Below, piece by piece: positions 23,999 through 36,771 of a DNA stretch of 64,000 nt. The first letter of the stretch is position 1; the number at the start of each line of letters is the position of its first letter. The DNA lies in the NCBI GenBank assembly GCA_973895155.1, contig OZ316892.1, positions 1,192,917-1,256,916 on the forward strand, in the 5' to 3' direction. The DNA comes from Marsupella aquatica. Lineage: Eukaryota > Plantae > Marchantiophyta. The position numbers were made by a program, and so were the translations under genes. The notes under the pieces are model-generated. The model was not told where the DNA came from. It saw nothing but the letters and a program-made list of their open reading frames with translations, and made no database searches.

Positions 23999-25789
23999 GG
24001 ATTTCCGTAGGGAAGAAAGGAGATGGCGGACAGAAATTCCAGTTTCCTTACAGCAGAGCTTCTCTTTCTCTCTATCTGAGAGCTCTCGCACTCCCTACGA
24101 ACCCTCTGATCCGCGCAGAGGACGGGGATCGCACTAATGAATCGGAGCAGCAGCGATACCGCCTCCTCTATATGCCTCTCCCTTCAGAATCAAAAGACAG
24201 TCGGGCATTCACTCATTCATTCATAGCCTCCCACCGCCCTTTCTTTCGTCGTCGTCTCAAGTTGTTTTGCAAATAGAGACAAAAGGCAACTTCAAGGATT
24301 AGACCATTGTCTAGACCAATGGTCTAGTGCAGATGAGTGAGTCAAGCCACGGGTAAGGATGAGGCAAATCAGGTGTAAGCATCGGATCCTGCTTGCGGCT
24401 TATGCTTTTATTATTAATTAACAAATCCCCACCCGAAAGGGGGTTCGCACATAGCTTTTGACACTAATAAGGAAATGGCATAGTTCTAAGTGCGGTTCAC
24501 ACATACTGTAGTTTGTGACGCTTCTATATCCATTGCCTCGCTAACAGCAACCAGGTTGATAACATACATTTTTGGGACTCCTCTTTTTGCTAGTGGACTC
24601 GCTAGCCATCTGGGCATAAAAAAAACACAAAAAATACGAAAGGCAGCAGAAAGCCAAAAACAAAAATGAAACCACTAGTGTCATGCTAACAACACTCTCC
24701 TCGCTAACAAAATCCCTGAGTGCTCGCATTATACAATAATTCAAAGAAAATGGCAGAGCTCAAAGTGGTGTTCACACATAGCTGTTAACATTTTTTGGCA
24801 CTTCCACAAAAAATGACATAGTTTATGTCTTGCGGGCAGCAGAAAGACAGTGCTCAAGGCCCATTTAGTGAGCCTTGAAGTTGCCTTTTGTTGTTGAGCG
24901 GCAGGAACAGCAGTAGGTGAGAGCCCATGGCACCAAGTGAGACTGCCCATATCAAGTCCTGCAGTCCCCCTTGTCCAAACAACGTGGAGAAACCATGGGG
25001 TTGTGAACTGTTCTAGGAGAGGATAATTAGGGAGTCTCAAAGCTGAAAATTTTATGGACCTTAATTCACTAGTTACGGGCTATGGACACAAAAAGTTAGG
25101 CTTGAATTTCATAGTCCACAACTTCTTGCCATAAGGATTGGACTTATGCCATTGCCATTAGTCACTCTATGGGCTGGTGACAGAAAAAAACAAAAAAAAG
25201 TGTTACATAACCTTGTGAAAAAGTTATGAGCATTCCTTTACGGCCAAATGGCATCATCAATAATTTTGGAGCTTTGAGACCCCCTATTATGCAGATCAGG
25301 AGATCCAGATATTGACAGGCAGAAAGAAAATCCCTACTGAAGTGTCACACAGGTTCCATTCAAAATTACCACAGAGCAGCAAAAAAATGTTTTCGATACA
25401 AAAGAGAAAAAAATTAATTTCGAGACTTCCCAAGATTCACTAGATGAAATAAAGTCTGATTTTGAGAGAAAGATGCGGGCAGGTGCTATCTGGCAAGGGT
25501 AGTGCTTGACAGGTAGGGCTACTCAACTGGCAATTTGTCTAGAGAAACCTCAAGATATCCACTAAAAATTGGAACCAATTGAAACTTTGAATTTGAATCC
25601 CCCAAGTATCACAAGGTTGGTTTTTGAAACCCCCACAGACCACATTTCCCAAAATATGACTTAACTTGATATTCATAAATTCAAGTATTTTTTAGTTTTG
25701 GGGATATCCGTCAAAGTGACAGTGAAGCTTTTGGCCATTTTCGTTGAGTTTTTATCATAGTATGCAGGCAGCTATATTCCACTACATTA

Positions 25790-26078
25790 TTTACTTCTGT
25801 TTTGGCCTTGAAACTGAAAGCTGACCCATCCAACAGAGGATAGACTATCCACTCGGGAGCATGCACCTCTGTAGGGTAGCCCACAAGGGGTGTCATACCC
25901 AGGACCAGGAGGGAGAGACGGTTGGACCAGAACCCAAAGTGTACTAGCCAGGGCTGAGGAGAAACCAGTATTCCCGCCACCACACCCCACCCACACACTC
26001 ACTCACCCTCCACAACCCTTGCATGTGGAGGGGGGATTGAACCTGGGACCTCTCAGTTCTAAGCTCATCCCTGGTCAG
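25790..26078 (-). mobile_element. tRNA-derived SINE copy, slightly 5'-truncated
   Basis: Minus strand has B-box GGTTCAATCCC, GT-rich body and tail TTCAAGGCCAAAACA; 13-bp TSD TTCCACTACATTA at 25777-25789 and 26079-26091. Confidence 0.85.
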
Positions 26079-27765
26079 TTCCACTACATTACTTTTCATT
26101 GTGTACTTTGAAACATTTGGGCTTGGTTGTTTTTAGGATCTCCTCCTTTCAAGACTAAGAATTATTTTCAGACTCAAAGATATCAAGTTATGGGCCCCAA
26201 CTTACACCCTTCCAAATGTGGACCCCAGGAGCACGATGTTCAACATGGTGGTCCACACTATGTTCAATATGGTGGTCCATCCGGCTTCAGCTTCTTTAAA
26301 CTTTAGATATCTCAGACCTATTTTGAGAGTGTTAAAGTTATTGAGATTTTGCTATGTGTGCCCTGCCACGTATCGATTTCATACTGTTGCCTGAGGTGCA
26401 CCCCTCTGTGTAAAAAGAAAACTTTCCCAAACCCCGATTCAGGCCTTCGCCTCATAACCATGACCGAAATTTGGAATTCAATGCCAAACATGCCATGGCT
26501 AGGGGTGTGTCGACCTAGGTAATTGTCATCACTAGGCTCGGAAATGACACAAGCGTGAAAACACGAAGAATCCTGATTCCTCCGACCCTCCTGCTGGGTA
26601 AGAGGAATTTACACACAAGGAGAGCCTGAAGAAAAACATGTTGAGGACATGAATAGTAAGATAAGCCAAGAGGAACTCATGGACTCAACTGACATCCACG
26701 CCATTTTGTTGAGAGGCTGAGTTGCGCATATTTACTTACAATACACTTGTTGCTTTAGTCGAGGTGAACAAAATCGTACATTACAAGAACAAGGAATGCT
26801 CAACAACTGAGAATGCATTTACGCGAGTGTTTTCAAGAATAAACGTTGTAGTAAATCTAAAACCAGATGTCCATTCCAAGTGCATACTTTCAGATCGTCG
26901 GCATGCTCTATGCAAAGAGCCTGGTCCCGAGATGGGCATACCTATTGGTGTGCTAAAGCTTAGAAGGTAAAATTCTGGGCCAGAGCAGGAGGCCCTGAAC
27001 TGGCCTTCCTTTCACATACAAAATGTTGTTCTTGATCTGGCCAACACTCTCCAGAAACCTAACCATGACCAATCTACTAGAAAACAGATATGCAGTGGTA
27101 ATGACCTTCAAAAATATCTCCACTCTGATCCAATTCTCAGCCATTGGTTGGCCAAACAACACCTGTTTTCGTTCGTCTCTGTATGTTCTTCAAGACAAGG
27201 AGTACACATCACGCCAATTCCCCTCACCTCTAGTTCCGTAACTTAAATCCCCGAGACAAGGCCCAAAGGGCTTCACTTCTCGAAAGAATCCAACTTTCTA
27301 TGTACATTTACTCTGACTCAGAACCGCTCCATAATGAAGAGACTTTTCTGTGCGTTTAAAGGATTCGTCTATCGTCGTTTTCGTGGAAGAGTGAAAAAAA
27401 AGTGCCTGCTGCACCCAGGGTGATATTTAGGCAGCCCTGTCCAAGGAGGAAAAACCTAGGCATCCACCCGTGGTCAAGTGGACAATCTCATAACTCCTTT
27501 CAAACTGTATGGGAGGTCAGGGTGGATGATCTTTAACTAAGGTCCTCGAATGACAAAGCCTCGGAGATGTTCACGGCCTAGCTTTACCGTCCTAGAAAGA
27601 CAGAGTCAATTTAACAACACTCATGTTTTCCTGTAGGATATTTGACAATTTACGACAGCACTGTTGGGAATTCATCGACAGCTGCTTCAAGATCAACCCT
27701 CCGAGAAACAACACTTGACTCCCATCTCCCTGCCGATGGAGGACCTCACAGCTCCAAAAACTCTG

Positions 27766-29278
27766 CTACTCTGACAAGCTCGGATTGGTGACACGGCCAA
27801 GAAATAAAATCACTCCTGTGACATCTTCCTTGAGAACGAACAAGAATGGATGGTCTGCAACAAAATCTTCAGGTGGCTCTGGCATCGCTATACCTCTCAA
27901 TGTCACCACCAACCCACTCGCAGCAGCTGCTTCGGTACCCTCCTCGTTCACTTCGATAAAAGCTTTGTGAAAAATGTCTGATATGCACAAACGATTCGCA
28001 TCAGGGCCTTCTACCATGTCCGAGAAATCTGCCTTTTCGGAAAACGGTGCTTCCAGTCCCAACTTGACAAGCGATTCCGGAACAGCCAATCCAGTAGAGA
28101 TTTTGAATTTAGGGAGAAGAAAATCTCCTACAGTTACTTCTCTGCTGGTCCAAGCTAAATGCTGGGTCAAAGATTTCGCATCCAGATTCTTCTCAACCTC
28201 CGCTAAACCAGCCTTCTCATTCGGCAGCACAAAGTACATCGAGAAGGAGCGTTGGTCCTGCCCTCTAGCATAAGGTAGCTTTAGAACCTTGTGTGTGTCA
28301 AATTTTCGGATGCACTGTTTCTTCACTGCGGTCAGAAAGGGAACGCTCACGGTCTCGCCGTTCAGCAGATGAAAGTCTTCATTCTTGGTATCCTCAGCAT
28401 CGAATGGCTTTGCCCAAATTCCTTTGAAGTAGAGAGCATTCGCCAAAACCAATTTCGACAACGCGTTTAATGAATTAGGTGGCAATAACTCTTCAACCTT
28501 CCCTTTTGTTTTGTCAAGAACCCAAGAATTTATGGCAGCTCGTTCCTCCTCAGCCTGCCCATTGAGAACCCCTGATCAACGTCAACTAAAACTTGACAAC
28601 CTGCTTCAATTCCAAAACCTAAGTGAAGCCCCTTCCATCCTGACCCCCATAATATCACATCTCGTCATATGAAGTTCATCACATTCATGCGAATTTGCAA
28701 ACTACTCATCCTTGTTTGAACCCAATTGGGTAGATCAGTTACTACACGAAGAAGAGCATCATTAGATCCAATGCGCGAAACTGCATCTCCATGTCAAAAC
28801 CGAATAGGAGGAGAAACCCAGTACTTCTCTAGTACTCAGGACACAGATCACAGCAGACAGAGAAGAGGCGTCAAAGTACCTTCTCATTGAAGTTAGCAGT
28901 TGTGGCCACGGGGCCATAGCTCTCTTCCACCTGCTCCATAAATTTACGCTTGAGGGTCATCGACTTCTCCACCCAAAGTCCATTAGCGAACGACATGAAG
29001 GGCCCACCTGCACCGCTGCCATCCTTGAACACGGCAGCCTTGATTTGGGAAGTGAACTCATGCATCGCCGCGCCCTCTGGCAGCTTCAGCACGGAGGTCA
29101 GCTGCGCCAATGTCTCGCCCTTGGCACCTGCGCCAGCCATGGCCAACGCCGTGGCGATGCTCACAGGCGACATCACCGCATTTCTCTCATTTCCTAGACT
29201 CTTCTCCAACGCCGCTTTGTAGAGGTCCAACGTGAACTCCGTCTGATGCTCCACCGCAAGGGCAAGGTCGACGTCCAT
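27766..29278 (-). CDS. Serpin, LR-type inhibitory (AtSerpin1/ZX-like), ~395 aa; exons 29278-28880, 28554-27766
   Basis: MSPVSI, ANALYFKGIW, LPKFKIS, hinge/reactive loop EEGTEAAAASGLVVTLR-G, FVADHPFLF, LFLGRVTNP; single phase-0 intron. Confidence 0.96.
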
Positions 29279-30319
29279 CTCTGCCAAGCCCAGCTTCCGA
29301 TTCCAGCTCCAAACACCAATCAATCGGGCAAAATCGACCTCCTCCTTTGCAATACGCCTCTCAATTTTCCCGATCAAGCGTGCTAAACAGTCCCTCAGAA
29401 TCCACGAATATCTCAGCTCGCAGACACTCTCTTATCGAGATCTCGGGCTTGCAAGAAAGCTAAACTTCGGGGCCACGCGAAGTCGAAGTGCTCGTGGATC
29501 GCCAGGACGCAAATCGGAAAGCAGGCACGCATTACGAAGCTTGATCCCTTGAAAATATGCTCTGCTCTGCTCCTTCCTGCTAGTGGACTCGTCGAACTGG
29601 TCCCGTTCCACGCGGAATGTCGCCATTTGCCCTCCCTCTTGTCGGTCCCTGGGTCCGTGAGTACCTACTGTACAGTATACAGTTAAAACATAATTTCACA
29701 ATAATAGTTTCGTATATTGTGCGTCATATAATGTAATCCACGGCCCTCCGAATCCTATCGAAACTGCGGACGGATGTGATCAGGCACGGGCGTTTTGTTT
29801 CCAAGTTGTATACAGTAGTTAAGTGTTGGTCTGGAAGTGGAAATTCCATTTCATTGCTTTGGGACCGACATTTATAGAGTCGGGCTGAAGCCGACCGACA
29901 CGTGCGCACTTTCCAAGTGTCCTAGGATTGAAGTGTCAGCACGAGGAAGGAGCGCCATTAGCGGAGCAAAACGACACTTGGATTACTCTAGGCTGCTATT
30001 TCAATGCGGAGGACATCAATGAGTGGCTCTCTTGCCTATTTAAGAATTCACTCACTACAGTAGTGTATCTTACTAATCTTACTAAATTGCAAACAGAAGT
30101 TGGGGCTGGGGTCATAACCCCTAGGGCTCTCTCTAGGGCTCCACCAAATTTATGTCCATTTAAAAGAAACTGAGATGTTATGCATGTCAAAATGACTGGC
30201 GCATGATAATTTTTGTCATCATTTTTATTCAGATTCAAATAATGGGCATTCAGGCTCGTAGGATAAAATTTTAGAGTGCAAGACCAGAGGATATCTTTTT
30301 TTCAAGGGTAGTGACTGCC

Positions 30320-33166
30320 AGGGCTGGAAATTTGCGGACATTGACCTTGATTTTTTTACTGAAGAAGCTGTCCAGCATGGCAGATTAGGCAATTTGGGCA
30401 TGAGTTTAATATGCTGCCAGAACTTTTGGTCATACCTGCAGGACAGCTCTTAGACTTGTCTTGCATGTAGTAGGCCCTCAGTTTTGCAGCCCTAAACTGA
30501 ATGTTTGCATCATATATAATTAATGTCTTGAACCCTTCATTAGCCAAGCTTCACAGCAGTTAAAATGGAGATTGAAGGGCAAAGGTTGGAACTTTCCAGT
30601 CCTTGAGGGCCTGGCCTGTGAAACTCAAGAACCAATGCACTTGCAGTTCAAGGTGCCTGGCCAAGTGACATGCAGAAGAACCATATATTGCTGTGGTGCA
30701 CCCCTCGTGGCTTTTTCCCCAATAGTTTTGGAAAATTGAGGGGTGCAAACTGACGGCCAACTACTTGCAAGACAACCTTTAGCTTAAAAATATTTGCAGG
30801 ATTATCTGGTGAAAACTAGAACCAACCCTGCATCTCTTATCAGGGTGGTGGTGCTAGTCAATTGTCAACCATATGATACTTGGAATACTGTATACAGTGA
30901 TGTCTTGATAAGTGCCAGAAGGTGAAGGCTTTAGCTCAAGGTTTGAGGGGCTCTTATTTGCCCACCATGCTCTCACAAGAGGGCCTTAATTCACTATCTT
31001 TATTTTTACTGTCTTTAATAAAAGCAGAAGAGATCAAAGTTTCTTAGTGTCTGGATCCAAGTCTGGACTGTGCAGCAGATATTAGGATATCCAAGTTTTG
31101 AGGGGCTATTATTGCCCATAATCATGCCATGGCAACAACGACTCAATGCACTGTAATCTCTTAAAGATTTTGCTCTTACTGTTTATAATTATTCTTCCTT
31201 TAGTCACACTTGAAGAAAAACAAAACTATACATGAGAATGCCATAGAACAAAAAGCATCAAACCAAGAAACAGGATCTCCAAGGCATGAAAGTTAATAGA
31301 GTTAATAGAGTCCACTCTTATTTAGGCACATATTCAGGGTGAATTGTACATCATCTCTCAGTCACATGAATGCTCACCGAGAGTTCAAATTGAGGCTGAA
31401 ACTGCCAGGAGGGCTTCCATTGGGATGTCAGTGGTTTGTTCTAAGTCCCTAGCAGTTCTGCTAGTAAGAGTAGAATGAGAGACCCAGATCAAGAAAATTT
31501 GAGAATTAGAACACTTTGAGTTCATTACATTGTTCAAATACCTCAACCAGTGTTTCAGGAGTCAATGTGCTGGTGCAACAATTTATGGCTACTCATTTGT
31601 GAGGCTTATCAGCATTCAATATCCCTTCCTTTTCACCACATTCTTTTTTGGTAGAACTGTATTAAGTCGGAGAAACCAAGAGGAAAATGCAAGTTGAGAC
31701 TTCAGAGATGTGATGGGCATTCTTGTTCGTGAAATATAAAGAGAAAATTCTTGAAGTGATTTAAGGTATGTGCTCACACTTTGGGCTGGAAACAAGAAAC
31801 AGCTCAAACCTGTGGAAGCTACATTATGGTTACCAATTATTTATGGTCTGGGGGGAAGATGGAAACTGCAACACAGGGTCAACTAACCACCATAACCTGG
31901 CCATGGTCAAAAGGTGGCTTGGAGTTGATCTAAGTTCCCTAGTCAGGCCTATTTTGTTTTTGCTTTTGTTTTTGTGGAACGGTAAATTTTACTAAACAGT
32001 AACAGAAACAAAGGAACAAATTAAATTGGGCTCCCAATTTTACTTTTCACTTTGTAGTTTTGGTTGCTTTATGGAGGAGACTACACAGTCCAAAGGGGGT
32101 ATTATGACACATTTACTCAATTTTTACTAAACATAGTAAAACATTTAAACTCATATGACTTGAGTGTCTTCACGCCCTGTAGAGAGACTGAGGATTATGG
32201 GCAGTAATATAATACCCCCCAAAACTTGAGCTAAAGCCTGGGGGTGTTATGGCTCACAACCCTGTTACCAGAGGGTCACTGTATACTCAAAGGGCCGTCT
32301 TGCTTGTAGACCGCCAAAAAAACAGTCCTTAATACTCCCCAATTTGTAGGTCTAAATTCTCTTGTCATACTATGTGTGAAGTGTGCATTCAAGTGCTTTC
32401 CTTGTTACCCTTTCCTTTGTACTTTTGTCATTTCTAGACTGTGTTGACTGTTTTATTCTGATTTTAAAGGACATGATCTCAAGAGCTGCAAAGTTTGCAG
32501 CCCTTGCCCTTGGTTCTCCATTTTGTATGTCATAAGACCTGCCTGAAGAGTAGGTTTGTCCACAAAATTCTATCAACTGCCATGGGTGGAGTTTAGGACC
32601 AGAAAACTAAGGACCTCACACATGCAAGACAGCTCGGACCGGAAAACTGAGGACCTCACACGTGCACAAAACAGCTCTAACACCCTTCATGATTTTCACT
32701 TTGTACTTTTCATATCATATGTGGAGAAGAATGCACACTGAAGATTGGATCCCCTCAATATAGAAATTCTCCTACACTTTCACTAAAGTTAGTAAAAATA
32801 ATAGCCCTTCTCTTAGGCCTAAATAAAGTGTATAGTCCTCCCTTACAAACCTGTTATGACTAGAGCATTGTGGGCAATAATACCCTCTCAAATCTTGAGA
32901 GCCAAAATACACATATGTTTGGGGGCATTATGGCCCACAATGCTTTGTAAACAGGGCCCTTACTATATTCAAAGGACAGACCCAAAGAACATGGGCTGAG
33001 CTGGGCTGGTTTTGAACTTGGCTTACTAATAGGCAAACTCATGAACAGTCGCCCTTGAAATCCTTGCCCTTGGCCTTCATGGGGCAGTTGAAACTACTCG
33101 CCATGCAGAGTCTGGCCTTTTTGCTGGTTGCAAGGCTTTTATACCCCACCAAACGCCAGGCAAGGG
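30320..33166. mobile_element. Possible degenerate foldback/DNA-transposon relic
   Basis: Motifs at ~30455-30500, 30930-30972 and 31090-31126 recur inverted at ~32590-32635, 32194-32262 and 32862-32943. No clear termini or TSD. Confidence 0.35.
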
Positions 33167-33204
33167 CATGGGAATAAGCTTTCTGAGGAGAACGGCACCC
33201 ACAA

Positions 33205-35985
33205 ATGGACGGGGCAACGAGCATCCCGCCCTTGCGCGTGATGCAATGGAACATTCTAGCAGATGGGTTGGCGCAATTCGGAGACTTTATCCGGGTATGC
33301 AAGTCCTGTCTTCCCCTCCGGTTCAAATTTTCAGTACTGGCATGGATCACTGTCTGTCCTGTGGGTCTTTCCTGCGTGGTGCCATTGCTTTTGCGTCACT
33401 TCCTTCTCGGTGTGCTTGCTTCTTTCTGTTGCTCTGCTCGTCTGAGTGAACAGCGCCATTCTTGAGCATGGAATGCAAATCAATATGGCTCAAAGAATGG
33501 CGGTCCTATTCTTACGAACACGGTTTTGATGTTCCATGACTAGTACAGGAGTGACGGCTATTTATTAGTAACGTCTTAAGTTGGAATTGTGTAAATCGAA
33601 ACTTCAGTATCTGGCAATGCGAAATGAGAATGGAATTGGTTAGGCTAGGAATTCTACCAATGAACAATTGTCGTTGAGGGTCAGAGCTCTTTGCCTGTTT
33701 CGTCGCTGTACCCATCCCCTAGGGAGAAATTTCCTTGTTATTGTATCTTCTTCTCCGTCATTATCTCTAATTAAATTGCGTGGAATTATTGGAAATGAAG
33801 TTCTGTTTGACTGAAGAGTCGCATTTGTAAGGTATTACAGTAAAGGTATGAGTGAAGCTCTTCATTTTCAAGTGCACCTGGCTCCTGCCGCAATGAATAA
33901 ACATAATTGGTTGAAGAGCTATCGTTGATCCAGAGCTTCTTGAGAAAATTGTTTGCAATCCAGGCTCCAAAAGAAGTATTGGAGTGGAGCACGCGAGCAC
34001 CAAAGCTGCTCAACAAAATTCTAGAGGCATCTGCGGACATTGTGTGTTTGCAGGAACTGAACCATTACGGTAAGAGAGGGTTTCTATTTCTTTGTTTGTC
34101 CGTTGTTTTTGGTCGCGAGAGTTTAGCTCAATTGCCTCATGTCAAATTTTTCTGTAACTTGATTCGGTGTGAATATCTGTCGTCATGATGTCGACAGATG
34201 ACTACTTTCTCCCGGAATTGCAGCAACATGGATACCTGGGAATATTCAAACCCAAGATATTCTCACCTGCAGAGGTAATTTGTCGTCGATAGTGCTTATA
34301 CTCATCGCAACTAATGTTTATATTCATCTTTGAAGAAATCTTTTGCCATGTTTGTAGAAATATGGGTGTCCCCCTGACGGCTGTGCGGTATTTTTGCGGG
34401 CATCTAGACTTCAACTTTCAGGTGAGGTTAAAGCTTTAGAATGGACAACGAGCATTGAACTTGCCAATTACCATCTTATAGACATACAAATGCGTGCGTA
34501 GATTGTATTGCTGCGCTGAAATTTGAAGGCCTTGACCTGAAGGACAGCCATGGTAGTGTGCTCAAGAGACAGAGTCATGCTGATGTTTGTCCATCCTCTG
34601 AATTGAATAATGACGACGTTCACTGCAAGTGCCTGCTGATCAGAGGATGGGGTGCAGATCAAGGTATTGGCCTAAAACTAAAGTTTCATTATTTCAATTG
34701 TTCTGATAGTGCCCCTTTCATGGAGCGACTCATCGTGCAGTAAAGTCCTAATGCAAAACATCAGACCTCTTACTTGTCTCGGGTTTTTTGTAGCATGGAA
34801 TAATATGCTGCTTTAAGGACCTCCAAAGCAACCAGGAACTTGTACTTGCCACAACTCATTTGAAGGTATGTACTTTTACTTTTCATCAATTCCCTGGACG
34901 TACTTATCCTCTGATCGTTTGAATTATCATATCTTCGTTTATTTTGTTCATTTTATTTAATTTTGAGTGAGAGAATGACACGGAACAGTCCAGTTCGGCA
35001 GGATTTTAGAAAATGCAAAGTCCCTATATAGAGCAGACACTATGAGGTGAAGTGCATCTTCCAGGAGAGGTACAGTCAGTGGGTACGATATGATCAGCGG
35101 TCGCTGTGAATTACTCATACTCCACGTTCTTTGTTTACAATAAACATGTCAATTTTTAAGTCAAATATGGGATTTGGTTTGTCTGTTTTGGGCAAACATC
35201 AATCTTTTACAGGCCAAAGCTGGGAAAGTAAATGAGGCGATTAGGCTGAAGCAAGTGCAAGAGCTAGTGCAGGCAAGTCATTCACTACCCTAAAATTTTC
35301 TCCTCGTTGAAGATTGCGTGCATGTTCCTTCTTCATTAATGGCAGATGATTTTAAGGCTTGACACTCCGGATTATCTGTTGTGCTACAGGGTCTGGCGAT
35401 CCAGACAAGAGATGGGGCACTGCCTTGTGTTATCTGTGGAGATTTTAACACAAATCCACTTTCGGTTGTCTATCGTTTTCTTCATGAATGTAGTCTAGGG
35501 TTACAGAGTGTTTATGCCCGCAAGCTTGAGCTCACATCTGAAGACAACCTGACATCTTCTATCATCCAAGTTGGCAATTCTATCGATGGCGGTGCTTCTG
35601 CAGAACCTCCTTTCACAACCTGGAAATTCAGGTATCTCTTCTTACGCCATGCATACTCGTTAGAAACATACGTTTCAGATTTATGTACTGGCAACACATA
35701 ATCCAACGCTCATATGCAAGTAATCTGATTAACAAGGGCTGGTCCAAGGCTTTCATGGAGTGCAAATTTGGTCCTCCTGAACGATTTTGCAGGTCGACAG
35801 GTGAGAAGCAAGAGACCATCGACTACATCTGGTTTTCAAGTTGTAGGGAATTTTCACCTGACAGGATCTGGAGGTTGCCGAGTGCAGCTTCTATTGGTAC
35901 TGACGGTTTGCCATCGGAAGCTATGGCTTCAGATCATTTGTCCCTAATGTGTGAATTTATATGGAACCTAGAAGGAGTTTTATAG
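33205..35985 (+). CDS. Nocturnin-like EEP-family phosphatase (CCR4/nocturnin family), ~9 exons (33205-33294, 33964-34069, 34198-34274, 34358-34421, ~34502-?, ~34794-34865, 35213-35272, 35390-35631, 35793-35985)
   Basis: LRVMQWNILADGL, DIVCLQELNHY, PPDGCAVF, ATTHLKAK, CGDFN, EPPFTTWKFR, TIDYIWF, ASDHLSL. The 3' end of the fifth exon is unresolved. Confidence 0.9.
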
Positions 35986-36771
35986 TTAATCCCCTGTCGT
36001 AGTCCAGCAGGCTGTCATAAGTTATTTTTACGAGCATTCTAAACAACATCCAAGTTGTAGGGAACGACATTGCATATCGAAACGAATGCCAGGGGTGTGT
36101 TCAATGGATAAATTGCTTCTCCTTCGAATTAGCGAACATGTAACCACAATGTTGTACACATGAAGCTGTCCTATAGTCCTGCCTCAGCAGAATTTGTGGG
36201 TCATTGGGAAGGGCTTCCCCGGGTAAAAAGGAGTAGCCCATGCGCAAATTTTGGAGTAGAATTTTATTATGTTGATGAAACTACAGCTGATTACTGACGA
36301 GTTACGAATTCAAATTTCTTTGCGTGGTACCCCAATAACGTTGATGATTATAAAGCTGGGAAGTTTCTCAATTGGTGACTAGCATTTTACTCAGAAACGA
36401 CAAACAAGCGAATAAAGGAACAACCAAACATTCACATATATGGGTCGAAGATGCACGCCGATGCTGTCTTGTATGCGATGCACGGGGCACCAGTTGCGTT
36501 CTTTACAACATCTTAATCGCCGAAGGTACTGAAATCTGAAGTTTTGCTTACTCATTTACAGTGCTTTCTGCACCGAAGTATCAAGAATTGTTATGAGGGG
36601 CTCCAGCATTATAGGGCAGTAATTGCGCTTTTGATTTCATCTTCTCTCTCCTCATAGCAATCTCACTAGGATTGGCCTTTCTAGGATTCATTGGGTGCAG
36701 CAAGATTTCTAGCCAGTGATGCCTTACTTGCTACCTTGCAGTAGATAGATGTCAAAATCAATCTGTATTTT

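Noticed and set aside
26950-27300. Interrupted minus-strand frame downstream of the serpin
   Set aside because: No recognisable domain; cannot be distinguished from chance.
29279-29377. N-terminal extension of the serpin ORF
   Set aside because: It starts at a non-ATG codon; serpin homology begins at the ATG at 29278.
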